From a virus: a DNA stretch of 64,000 bases. Below are positions 19,101-27,631 of this stretch, piece after piece (position 1 is the stretch's first letter; each line of letters opens with the position of its first letter). The notes beneath the pieces are model-generated. The model worked only from the letters and a program-made list of their open reading frames with translations. It did not search any database and was not told where the DNA came from. The stretch covers positions 13,037-77,036 of IMG/VR virus record IMGVR_UViG_3300045391_004297; one strand, given 5' to 3'. The position numbers and the translations under genes are program-made.

Positions 19101-19518
19101 CAAAGACGCCGGACACAAAATTGTCCAGGGTCTGATTGACGGCATCATGGAAATGATTGGCAAGTTGGACGCGGCGGTGAAGAAGCTGACGGGTATCATC
19201 AGCAGTCACCTGCCCGGCTCGCCGGTCAAAACTGGCCCACTAAAAATCCTCAACCGGGGCTATGCTGGCAAGCAGATCACCCGAATGATCGCCGATGGCA
19301 TGGAAGCTGGCGTGCCGTACCTGATGGACCGCTCCGGTCGCGTGATGAGCAGCATTAACACCGGCTTCGATATGCAGGGTCAGCAGTTGTACGCCGGAAG
19401 CAACGCCGCTGGTGGACCACAAAAAGTGTTCAACATCCAACAAACCATTAACACTCGGGAGATCAGTCCGGTCCGGCAAGCAGCCGCATTGGGCTGGGAA
19501 GTGCAGACGAGGCTGTAA
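16105..19518 (+). CDS. tape measure protein
   Basis: 1137 aa, Ala-rich helical, hydrophobic central segment, ~11-aa Trp repeats. Confidence 0.95.
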   Translation: MPLNSRDLWLVLKAQDQTNRALSSFGRNVRNAGAQARLAQLELQRAQSQATITTAKQNAEILKSEAAQLAAQRAAIKYTASQMAANGATQQQLKPLHDQANAIDAQIIARNNQAAALRNVAANEAVHLETVKEQISQTKTYNSAIQDNEKNLAHLSGRFQSVAQTATAAGFAISAAGVLTLIGIKKAIDVSVEYERQVRATATQVDGFSGNLQQLGDIGRRVAKDIAVPFEQIQPALFDVFSSMDVTVGEAEKLLRSFSKAAVAGQTDIQSVSRATIGILNAFHLPASDVNKILDIQFKLVQKGIGTYEEWNQRIGLVTPSAVRAGQSIEQMTAALAASTRMGISAARSSAAVSRAFDALSNPAAVKALKALGVSAQDAQGHFRPFNEVLRDFRTVLLKMPEKDRLKTILDVFKGAGGTIEARRFLQNILLGAGNLEMFDSILKDTQNSAGAMENAYGIMSDSVAAKTQLLKNQWKLLEETVGRALIPAFTTLVGWFVKLAQWFNNLPESTKKTVAMAVLLAGVFGAIAGPILLIVGALGSFIAAITVAGTAMLVTVAALASFVTISAAFVAGIVLMYKHSENFRNGLKMFAIQFQRVKEAAMDFAVSVSSAYKNHLQVPLHNLANVIESKLMPAFLQFEQMFFNKMLPKMREAGRIIADVLGQAFKFIGWVIENIVIPAINKASEWWEKNHKTLEPFLGILAQVAKWLAIVAAIIIGVLVVALVGPLIAAILAVVAVVAGFIAAITYITKIVEAVWGGLKAFWGWLSSAFVTVWNAVSSAVVTAWNAIASFFVSIWNSIASFFVGIWNAITGALSSALNFIGGLWTNFWNGPISKVMIAAWGLIVDTVKLGIAAVQFVLEWALKGIQAFWSWVWGGLSSELSAIWSGIASFASWVWNGILGALSMIWNAIKSFATWVFNGIAGAISSAWNAVSSYVRWVWNGITGFLSSAWNTIKSIASGVWMAVKNVIGDRLNEAYNTVKGWVGRVQSFFSGAAGWLKDAGHKIVQGLIDGIMEMIGKLDAAVKKLTGIISSHLPGSPVKTGPLKILNRGYAGKQITRMIADGMEAGVPYLMDRSGRVMSSINTGFDMQGQQLYAGSNAAGGPQKVFNIQQTINTREISPVRQAAALGWEVQTRL

Positions 19519-20387
19519 TGGTCCTAGTAAATGACTTGACCTTCGTGCTCAATGACACCGGTGTGGTGCTCAACGATAGCTCCACCCTGCCCTTCGTCGA
19601 TATCACTTCGGTGAAGGGTCTGAATTCTGCACCCTTTCGCACCACACAGCGTGACCATGAAGGTGACGATGGTGGGTACATGGATGCGGAATTTGAGAAA
19701 GGTCGAGACATTGTCCTGGAAGGGACCATTTATGCGGATACTTCCACGATCGAATCTTACCTGGATTCACTGAAGGGAAACTGGGCACCCAGCACTTCGT
19801 TGGTGCCGTTCTATTTCAAAGCTCCCGGTGTTGCCGAACGGTTGTTGTTTGTCAAACCGTTGGGTGTCAATTACGACTGGGACGTGTCTCGGCGACTTGG
19901 TATTTGTGATGTTCAGTTTTCCTGCTTTGCGGAAGATCCACGAATCTACACCAGTCAGTTGTTGACGACCTCAGCGGTGCACCTTGGGGCTACCGTCTTT
20001 GTTGGCTTCGCGTTTAGCTTTGGCTTCCCGTTGAGCTTTGGTGGTATTTCCACCACGACAGACCAGGTCACGATTGACGTAGACGGTAACCGCCCAACGC
20101 CGCCCGTGTTCACGATCACTGGTCCAGTGGATAATCCTCGAATCTTGAACGACACGACCAGCAGCGAAATGATTTTCTCCGGTATTTCGCTGTCGAACAC
20201 AGACACGCTGACGGTAGATACGAAGAACAAAACCGTCGTGCTCAATGGTACGGCAAACCGGCGCAATACCCTGCAAGCTCCGACCTGGTTTTATTTGCAG
20301 CCAGGCACGAACAGTTTGCGTTTCCGGGCAACATCGTCTGACCCAACCGCCACGTTGGTGGCCCAGTATCGCGCAGCGTGGAGGTAA
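19518..20387 (+). CDS. distal tail protein (Dit-like)
   Basis: directly after TMP; actinophage minor tail motifs. Confidence 0.8.
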   Translation: MVLVNDLTFVLNDTGVVLNDSSTLPFVDITSVKGLNSAPFRTTQRDHEGDDGGYMDAEFEKGRDIVLEGTIYADTSTIESYLDSLKGNWAPSTSLVPFYFKAPGVAERLLFVKPLGVNYDWDVSRRLGICDVQFSCFAEDPRIYTSQLLTTSAVHLGATVFVGFAFSFGFPLSFGGISTTTDQVTIDVDGNRPTPPVFTITGPVDNPRILNDTTSSEMIFSGISLSNTDTLTVDTKNKTVVLNGTANRRNTLQAPTWFYLQPGTNSLRFRATSSDPTATLVAQYRAAWR

Positions 20388-20390
20388 TCA

Positions 20391-21476
20391 ATGACTGAAG
20401 TGAACCCGCCAATTGGGTTGCAAAACGCTGGGTCAACCCACACGGCGGAAATGTTGCGCAACGCCTTGATCACCTTGTCAAGTGGTCCAGGTACGGCTTC
20501 CTCGTTGATCCCTCGGGGCGGGGTCAACTTGCTGTTCGGTGGCGGATTCAACGTCACGCAGAACGGCTCACCGAACATGTCGGTAAACGTGGCCAGCGGA
20601 TTGGCACTTGTTCCGGGCTCAGAAGGAGCTAAGCAGGCTGGGTACTGGGTGCTCAATGATGCGACGAAGAACATCGCCATTGCCACCTCTAACCCGACCA
20701 ACCCACGCATCGACGTGATCGCGCTGAAGGTGCAAGACACCTTCTACTCCGGCGTGACCGATGCCTGGTCAATTGTGGCGATTACTGGTACTGCTGCTGC
20801 GTCTCCGTCGCCGCCATCGTTGCCAAACAACGCCTTGAAGATTGCCCAAGTTGCCGTTGCCGCAAATGCCACATCCATCGTTACCGGTAATATCTCAGAC
20901 TTTCGGCCAACGCTCACTGCCACTGGTGGCATCATGCGCGCGTTCGGTACCACCGAACGTGATGCACTTCCGGTGTATGGTGGCCTCGCTGTGTGGCGCA
21001 CTGATGTCGCCGGTGGGTTGCTCCAAATTCACAACGGCACATCCTACGTGGATTACACACCGGCGTTTAGTGCCTTCGTTGGTGAGTCGCGTAACAACTC
21101 CACCAACACCACCTCGACCGGTACCGAAGCCATTGGTAGTACGGTCACCTGGACCGCAGTCACAAATGCTCGATACAAGGTGACCTGGCAAGGTTCGGTC
21201 CAGTCTACAGTCAGCGGTGACATTGGCCGTATTCGGATTCGTCACCAGTTGGGTTCTTCGCTGACCACTGCGGGTACGCAGGATGCCATTCGCACCTACG
21301 TCTCGACGTCCGGTGAAGGTAAGTCGAACGTCATGTTCGCCACGATCTCTGGCCTTACCGGCGGAAGCCAATACACCGCTGGTGGCACTATTCAGCGAAT
21401 TACCGGTACTGGCACTAACCAAATCAACGGAAACGCTACTGACGAACAGTATACGCTCGTTGAGCGAATCGCTTAA
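20391..21476 (+). CDS. minor tail protein
   Basis: V.QNGSPNMSVNVASG, NPRIDVI, P.LP.NAL.IA.VAV motifs. Confidence 0.8.
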   Translation: MTEVNPPIGLQNAGSTHTAEMLRNALITLSSGPGTASSLIPRGGVNLLFGGGFNVTQNGSPNMSVNVASGLALVPGSEGAKQAGYWVLNDATKNIAIATSNPTNPRIDVIALKVQDTFYSGVTDAWSIVAITGTAAASPSPPSLPNNALKIAQVAVAANATSIVTGNISDFRPTLTATGGIMRAFGTTERDALPVYGGLAVWRTDVAGGLLQIHNGTSYVDYTPAFSAFVGESRNNSTNTTSTGTEAIGSTVTWTAVTNARYKVTWQGSVQSTVSGDIGRIRIRHQLGSSLTTAGTQDAIRTYVSTSGEGKSNVMFATISGLTGGSQYTAGGTIQRITGTGTNQINGNATDEQYTLVERIA

Positions 21477-21491
21477 AGTTAGGCTCACTAG

Positions 21492-22580
21492 ATGGCCGTG
21501 ACCCGTTACCTTTTTGGTGACCTTGCGACAAATGATGTTATCGCGGAAATTCCCCTGCAGAGCGTATCTTTCGATCGACAGCTCAATGACTGGGGCAACT
21601 TTCGGGGTACTCTTTATCTGAGTCAATCTGGACTACCGGACGATTTGGTGGTCCAAGCCACCACACCGGGCAAGAGTTTCGTCGTCGTCGAGCTTGATGA
21701 TGTGCCGGTGTGGGACGGCATTGTGTGGACTCGGGTGTATGACAGTCAAGCTAAAGACATGAACTTGACCGCCCGAACCTACGAAGGATATATCGAAAAG
21801 CAATTCGTGGGAGACTTTACCCGAGTTGGCATCGAACAGCAACAGATCGTTGCCGATCTGCTCAATGATATGCAGGGAAACAGTTCCCGAGATATCGGTT
21901 TGGTCGTCCCGTCTACCTTCGGTACCACCGTCTCGCGGGATATCACCGTCCTGACCAACGATTTTAAAAATTATTTGGAAGTCATTGGCAGCATCGCTGA
22001 TGGCGTCGATGGCTTTGATTGGACTATTGACACTGCGCGTGATCCGGTCTCGCAAGAGTATGTGCGTACTGTTCGGTTCGGTAATCCAGATCTGGGTATT
22101 ACTGATGGAGCCCCGCTTTCCTTCGACTATCCGGGTAACGTAACAAACTATTGGCGAACCGACGGCATGACCAATGCGGCGACGAATTTGTTCCTGCTTG
22201 GCTCTGGCGAAGGTTCGGATATGCTGGTGGGTACCGCCACTCAGGATGACCTTATTACCAACGGTTTTAAACGTTACGACGTCTCGGTTTCGCGCAAGGA
22301 CATCAATAACCAGGGACTACTGAATTCCATGGCGACACAGCTAGGCCAACAGCGTCGCCCGCCGTATACTACGATCAAGTTCAACGTCAAGGCTGACCTC
22401 GACCCTATCTTCGGCAGTTACGGGCTCGGCGACACCTGCACCATCGCGATTGTCGATCCTCGACACTCCGGTGGCTTCAGCAAGACCGCCCGGATCGTTG
22501 CCTGGTCTTACAGTCCAGAGTCGGATGATACGGTAGCCGAAGCTGAAATCGTTTTTGAAGGTGACGACCTCAATGAGTAA
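21492..22580 (+). CDS. minor tail/baseplate hub protein
   Basis: FDRQLNDWG, VWDGIVWTR, YGLGD motifs. Confidence 0.8.
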   Translation: MAVTRYLFGDLATNDVIAEIPLQSVSFDRQLNDWGNFRGTLYLSQSGLPDDLVVQATTPGKSFVVVELDDVPVWDGIVWTRVYDSQAKDMNLTARTYEGYIEKQFVGDFTRVGIEQQQIVADLLNDMQGNSSRDIGLVVPSTFGTTVSRDITVLTNDFKNYLEVIGSIADGVDGFDWTIDTARDPVSQEYVRTVRFGNPDLGITDGAPLSFDYPGNVTNYWRTDGMTNAATNLFLLGSGEGSDMLVGTATQDDLITNGFKRYDVSVSRKDINNQGLLNSMATQLGQQRRPPYTTIKFNVKADLDPIFGSYGLGDTCTIAIVDPRHSGGFSKTARIVAWSYSPESDDTVAEAEIVFEGDDLNE

Positions 22581-23322
22581 AGGAGTTGGCCGAGGCCGCT
22601 ACAATACCGGCCCGGACGATCTATCAAAAATTATTGCCGATTACGAACGACGGCTACGAAACTTGGAAGCCGGTGGCCGTGCCGGAAACACCGCAATCGA
22701 CTCAGGAACATTCTCGGTACGAAACGGCACCTTCCAGGTTGGTACCGGGTCAGTCCCAAACGTGTACTTCGGTCCGATCGACGGCTCGTCTGGTTGGCAA
22801 TTCAAAAAAGATGATGGCACGCCGGTCTTCGGCTTGCAGGGCACACCAGGAAATCAGTACTGGGCGTTCTGGGATGATCAGGGCAACCCGATTTTCTCCG
22901 ACGATACGGTTTCTGGGTTTGGTCTTGCCCATCCCTATCTGCCTGTTCCTTGCTACCCACACTACAACGGCACTGGGCCAAACCCATACATGACCACCAC
23001 ATCCGGCACCTTCACCGGTGCTTGGATTACTCGGCTGAAAGTCCAGCAACCATACGTGCAGTTCGTTTTGTTGTGTAAGTGCACCAACGATGGTACCACC
23101 ACCGGAGAAATAACGCTTCGTGACAATAACAACGGCATTTCCTTGGATGCGGCGACGACGTTGGGAGTGAACTTCTTCGGGCGGGTAACCCTTGGTCCAT
23201 ACGCACTTGCCGGTAACTTCGTTATGCTAGACGAAGCAGAGTTCGAAGTTCAAATTCGCCGAACTGCGGGCACAGGCACAATTAGCGCGCTCATGCTGAA
23301 CGCTTATCAGCACCAAAGCTAG
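22573..23322 (+). CDS. minor tail protein
   Basis: short coiled coil (RRLRNLE) followed by beta-rich domain. Confidence 0.7.
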   Translation: MSKGVGRGRYNTGPDDLSKIIADYERRLRNLEAGGRAGNTAIDSGTFSVRNGTFQVGTGSVPNVYFGPIDGSSGWQFKKDDGTPVFGLQGTPGNQYWAFWDDQGNPIFSDDTVSGFGLAHPYLPVPCYPHYNGTGPNPYMTTTSGTFTGAWITRLKVQQPYVQFVLLCKCTNDGTTTGEITLRDNNNGISLDAATTLGVNFFGRVTLGPYALAGNFVMLDEAEFEVQIRRTAGTGTISALMLNAYQHQS

Positions 23323-23330
23323 GAGGAGCT

Positions 23331-24338
23331 ATGGCTACTTCATCGCCTCCGGATCTGTTGAACTTCCGTAGCAGGTTTATGACCGAGACTGGATTGACCG
23401 ATCCGGTAGAGGTCGGTATCGTTGGCGACCAGGCGCACGAAGAGCGTGGTGGCTACCATATTTCTGGTGACGGCATCAATGCAGCCGGGCGATTCTCAAC
23501 TGATTACTCCACGAAACGTTCCCGCGATCACTTCCTGCCAAATCCCTACGCTTCTGCGCTTGACCTCGGTGACGATTGGCCCCGAGGTGGGCGAGATGCC
23601 TGGTTACGCTTCAATAACAATGTGCTCTGGGAAATCATGCACACCAGTAACATGCCGTCAATTCGAGCCATTAACGTCAGTACGAACGGCACCAACAAGA
23701 AGCGCTACGACCGGGCCAACGCTGACCAGGGTCTGATCAATTCTACGGATACTGTAACTATCCACACCCACCTTGAATTTTGGCGAGATACCGAAGGCAC
23801 TGCGCAACGAGCAAATGACCTGAACCGTTTGATCGCGCACGTCAAAGTTGCTCGTGATGGTATTTCCATGGAAGAAGCACTCGGCAATCCACCCCCACCA
23901 CCCGAACAGTTGATTGGAGACACAGACGTGATTTTCACAGTGACCGGTGTTCCAGCCGGAACCCAAGACATTACTGGCACCACAATTCCGGAGAACGGCC
24001 AATGCCTGGCTACTCCGGGCGGTGCGTTTAACCTGAATGGTAGTGAGTTCTTCTCACTTCCGGCCAGTGCGCAAGCGGTTCGCATCACAATGTCGTGGAC
24101 CCGATTCTCCAAGCTTTGCTACGGCATGACCCAAGTTGCCCAGGTCAACCCACAGGTCATTGTTGATGCAGTGGTCAACGCGGTCCAGGCGTTGAACGTT
24201 GATTTGACTCCGGAAGACCTGACGGCAATTGCCAATGCGGCTGCTGGTGCTGTGCAAGCATCCACTGTCTCAGCTTTGCAAAGTGCCCCTGGTCAGGCAG
24301 CTCTTGTCCAGGCTGCGAACACGGCGGAGGACAGCTAA
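23331..24338 (+). CDS. putative endolysin (Zn-peptidase-like, HxH)
   Basis: GIVGD.AH..RGGYH, ALDL, HTHLE; lies before holin-like genes. Confidence 0.6.
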   Translation: MATSSPPDLLNFRSRFMTETGLTDPVEVGIVGDQAHEERGGYHISGDGINAAGRFSTDYSTKRSRDHFLPNPYASALDLGDDWPRGGRDAWLRFNNNVLWEIMHTSNMPSIRAINVSTNGTNKKRYDRANADQGLINSTDTVTIHTHLEFWRDTEGTAQRANDLNRLIAHVKVARDGISMEEALGNPPPPPEQLIGDTDVIFTVTGVPAGTQDITGTTIPENGQCLATPGGAFNLNGSEFFSLPASAQAVRITMSWTRFSKLCYGMTQVAQVNPQVIVDAVVNAVQALNVDLTPEDLTAIANAAAGAVQASTVSALQSAPGQAALVQAANTAEDS

Positions 24339-24365
24339 TTGGACTAAGGAGGGACTCGGTGAGCC

Positions 24366-24596
24366 ATGTTCCGTACCGTTGTCGCCTGTGGGTACATGCT
24401 CGTGTGGGGGATCGCGACAGTTGTCATTCTCATTAAAAACGGTACGGTCCCGCCAGAATATTGGACGCTCCCAGCAGTTGGTCTCGGTGGCCTCCTCGCA
24501 GCCTTGAACTCATTGAATAATCGAAAAAGCAAAAAATCTGAAGAAGACGAGGATGAACCGCCAGCTAAAGAGGGAGCTATAAAGGAGCCCGCATGA
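24366..24596 (+). CDS. membrane protein (lysis cassette)
   Basis: two TM helices, charged tail. Confidence 0.65.
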   Translation: MFRTVVACGYMLVWGIATVVILIKNGTVPPEYWTLPAVGLGGLLAALNSLNNRKSKKSEEDEDEPPAKEGAIKEPA

Positions 24597-24691
24597 CGTA
24601 CATGGTGCAGACAATGTCGAACATGGTCGTCGGAGTTCTCCTTGGATACTTCTTGTGGCTAAGGTTGGAGGAGGCAGATGGTGCCGTATAG
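24593..24691 (+). CDS. tiny membrane protein
   Basis: AAGGAG RBS, 32 aa, one TM, overlapping both neighbours. Confidence 0.45.
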   Translation: MTYMVQTMSNMVVGVLLGYFLWLRLEEADGAV

Positions 24692-25079
24692 GAGAATTAT
24701 TTCCTTTGCGAATAATCACGCGGTGCAAAACGCCGTTGGGCTGCTCCTCACTGCAATCGCTATCGTTTCGCTGATCATGTCCTGGTCCGCTTCGATCCAA
24801 GAGCACAAGCAAAGTGTTCGGGTACAAAGCTATGTGCAGTGTCAAGCAGACTGGACCAATTTTTTGTACCAATCGATCCAAGCCAATCGAGGCGCCGCCA
24901 CCGATGCAAACAAAGCCTTGGACGAATTGATCAACACTATCTCAACTTCCACTTCTAGGGCTCAATCCGCCGCTGCGTTGGAGAAGTACAAGCAAGCCCG
25001 GGCACAGCAGGTCAAGTCACAGAATGACAATCCGCTACCCCCGGCGCCCAAAACAGTTTGTCAGTTGGAGGATTCATGA
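24678..25079 (+). CDS. membrane protein (TM + coiled coil)
   Basis: GGAGG RBS; N-terminal TM. Confidence 0.65.
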   Translation: MVPYRRIISFANNHAVQNAVGLLLTAIAIVSLIMSWSASIQEHKQSVRVQSYVQCQADWTNFLYQSIQANRGAATDANKALDELINTISTSTSRAQSAAALEKYKQARAQQVKSQNDNPLPPAPKTVCQLEDS

Positions 25080-25453
25080 AACTCTTCGGACGTGACCCTG
25101 CTTTGTGGTTGGCGCTAGCAGCGTCACTCATCAGTGCTATTGGTGCATTTTGGGTGCACTTGAGTGTGGACCAGGAAGGCGCGCTCAATGGCGTTGTTGC
25201 CGCAGTTGTCGGCATCGCCGTGTGGGCTGCGACTCGTGATGGTGGTCCGGCACTCATTCTCGGTCTTGGTAAGGCATTGCTGGTGATGCTGGCAGCCTTC
25301 CACTTCAATCTTCCTACCGATAAGCAGGCAATCCTGATGACGTTGCTCAGTGCGGTTGTTGCTGCATTTGTGCGTACTCAGGTTGGCGCGCCGGTCCCGC
25401 CTCCGGCCGATACTGCTTCACCAGTTGTGGTTGTTGATAAGGCCACGACCTAA
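25076..25453 (+). CDS. holin
   Basis: MKLFGRDPAL start and 4 TM helices typical of actinophage holins. Confidence 0.75.
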   Translation: MKLFGRDPALWLALAASLISAIGAFWVHLSVDQEGALNGVVAAVVGIAVWAATRDGGPALILGLGKALLVMLAAFHFNLPTDKQAILMTLLSAVVAAFVRTQVGAPVPPPADTASPVVVVDKATT

Positions 25454-25463
25454 GGAGTAATCT

Positions 25464-25829
25464 GTGTCGACCGTTGTATCGCACACAGTTTCCAAAGCTG
25501 CGGAGGTTGACCTCATCATCCAACGCGGCGATGACTTGGCGCACATCATCGCGGTAGTAGACAGTACGGGGGTGCTCTTCCCAGTGACTGGCTACACCGC
25601 AACGTTTCAGGTTTATTCCAACTCTGACTTTGATGGAGTTGCGTTACTAACCCTGGACACCTCAGGTGGTGGCGTCACTGTGAATGGTGCAGCGGGACAA
25701 TTTACGCTGGTCATGACAGACACTGCGACAAATGCCCTGGGTTGGTCAAACGGATATTACAAGTTCACCATGACCAGCCCAGGCGCAGTTTCCACCCGCA
25801 TCATGCAAGGCGAGATTTCGGTCCTCTAG
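25464..25829 (+). CDS. tail/baseplate protein (BppU-like)
   Basis: I.RGDD, LTGYTATFQV, RI.QG.I.V pattern. Confidence 0.65.
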   Translation: MSTVVSHTVSKAAEVDLIIQRGDDLAHIIAVVDSTGVLFPVTGYTATFQVYSNSDFDGVALLTLDTSGGGVTVNGAAGQFTLVMTDTATNALGWSNGYYKFTMTSPGAVSTRIMQGEISVL

Positions 25830-25847
25830 CCCACTAAGGGGGTTTAC

Positions 25848-26729
25848 ATGGTTAACGCACTGTACGAACTTGCACGCGAAAAATTCCTTGGTGGCGATTT
25901 GGACTGGGATGCGCAGACCTTTAAGGCTTCGCTGCTTCGGTTCACCGGTACCTCGGACACCGCGATTCGCCAGATCTCTAGCTCCACCAACGCTACGCCT
26001 ATTGTGGTCACCACAGCGGTAGCCCACGGTTTCGCTACTGGTGACACGGTGTACATTTCTGACCACACCACCAACACTGCGGCAAACGGGCTGTTCAAAA
26101 TTACCGCTGCCTCTGGTTCGGTGTTTTCGCTGACCCGTTACTACGACGGCACGAACGTGGTCGGCAACGGTGTGGGTGGTGCGACTGGCTACGCGGTCAA
26201 CCTTGGTCAGTCCGGCGGTACCGTTGGTGACTTCTACGATGACGTCGATGGTGGCGCCAATGCGGTTGGTCTGTCTGCTGCGTTTACCACCAAAACCAAA
26301 GCCGCCGGTGTGGCCGATGCTGATGACGTGACATTCACGTCAGTGACTGGTTCTGCGGTCGAAGGCGTCGTTATTGTTCGCGATACCGGTACTGCCTCAA
26401 CCTCGGAATTGGTGGCTTTGATCACCGGCAAGTTCCTCGGTGTGGTGGCTGCCGACGCTGCGTCTTCGGCGACCACGATCTGGGTGGATAAGCCACTTCC
26501 GGCTAACGTGGCATCGCAAACGGTGGTGTTCTCCAATGGAGTGTCGGCTTCTGCGGTAACCGGTACTGCCGGTCAGCGCAACCTTACTTGCACTGCCTTG
26601 GGTTCTGGTATTACTGCCGGAAACCAGGGGCTTATTGTGTTGTCTGGTTCTGGTCTTCCGGTGACGCCTAACGGCGGTAACATCGTGGTTGCTTTTGACT
26701 CGGGGCCGAACCGAATCTTCAAGTTGTAG
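25848..26729 (+). CDS. minor tail protein
   Basis: NALY..AREKFL.G, NATPIVVT..AHG..TGD, TPNGGNI motifs. Confidence 0.75.
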   Translation: MVNALYELAREKFLGGDLDWDAQTFKASLLRFTGTSDTAIRQISSSTNATPIVVTTAVAHGFATGDTVYISDHTTNTAANGLFKITAASGSVFSLTRYYDGTNVVGNGVGGATGYAVNLGQSGGTVGDFYDDVDGGANAVGLSAAFTTKTKAAGVADADDVTFTSVTGSAVEGVVIVRDTGTASTSELVALITGKFLGVVAADAASSATTIWVDKPLPANVASQTVVFSNGVSASAVTGTAGQRNLTCTALGSGITAGNQGLIVLSGSGLPVTPNGGNIVVAFDSGPNRIFKL

Positions 26730-26738
26730 GGGTGGGCC

Positions 26739-27296
26739 GTGGACCTTTATCTGGTTGAACCAGTTGGCCCATTTGCCATTGGTGCTAACGTTGCGTTTAG
26801 CAACTTCACCACCAAGCAGTCGGTCACACCTCTGCCTATCCCGTCGATTCCGGCGGGAAAGTTGCGTGCTGGCTCAATCGTCAAGATTGAGGCAGAAGGA
26901 GAATATTCCACCACTGGTACCCCAACCTTGGTGTGGGGTCTTTTCCTCGGCACGCATGATGGTACTCAAACAGCTCCAACAATCACCACGGACATCGCAC
27001 TGTCCTCGGCGATTACCACCCCTTCGGCGGCGGCGGCATTTGACTGGCGCTTGGAATGGCGCGGTCGAGTCACGAAGACCGGCTCGTCTGGCACGATCGT
27101 GGGAAATGGCACCTTGGAACAAGGGTTAACCCTTACTACCCGTAGCTCATTTCCGATCCCGATTACCCAAGCGCTGCGTACGGTCACGATTAACACCACG
27201 CAGGCCAATGCCATTGGCGTATCGGCAACGTGGGGTACTGCCTCTGTCTCCAACACGATTACCACATATGATATTTCGGTGCTTATTTTGAACTAG
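26739..27296 (+). CDS. minor tail protein
   Basis: beta-rich; probable true start GTG at 26748. Confidence 0.65.
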   Translation: MDLYLVEPVGPFAIGANVAFSNFTTKQSVTPLPIPSIPAGKLRAGSIVKIEAEGEYSTTGTPTLVWGLFLGTHDGTQTAPTITTDIALSSAITTPSAAAAFDWRLEWRGRVTKTGSSGTIVGNGTLEQGLTLTTRSSFPIPITQALRTVTINTTQANAIGVSATWGTASVSNTITTYDISVLILN

Positions 27297-27304
27297 GGGG
27301 CCAC

Positions 27305-27610
27305 ATGACCGCTGGATATCCGATTACCAAGGCAGACATGGATAATCGGATTGGAGCCCTGATCGTTGCATTGCGGGATGACTTCAATGCGATCATGCAG
27401 TTCAAGACTATGCTGCTTGACGACACCACAATTCTCCCTGACGCTACCCTCACGTCCATGGGTTACACCGCTGGCGAAATCACCCAAATCAGGTCGTCGT
27501 TTACCTCACTGAACAACTTGTACAACATCAGCAAGGCCAACGGAACACAGGCGACTAACAACGACTTCTGGTTTGATGCGAAGCACCTCGCTGGCTTGAA
27601 CTATCACTAA
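27305..27610 (+). CDS. hypothetical tail-region protein
   Basis: 101-aa ORF with RBS in tail operon. Confidence 0.6.
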   Translation: MTAGYPITKADMDNRIGALIVALRDDFNAIMQFKTMLLDDTTILPDATLTSMGYTAGEITQIRSSFTSLNNLYNISKANGTQATNNDFWFDAKHLAGLNYH

Positions 27611-27631
27611 GCGTTGAGGGGGAGGTAGTCA

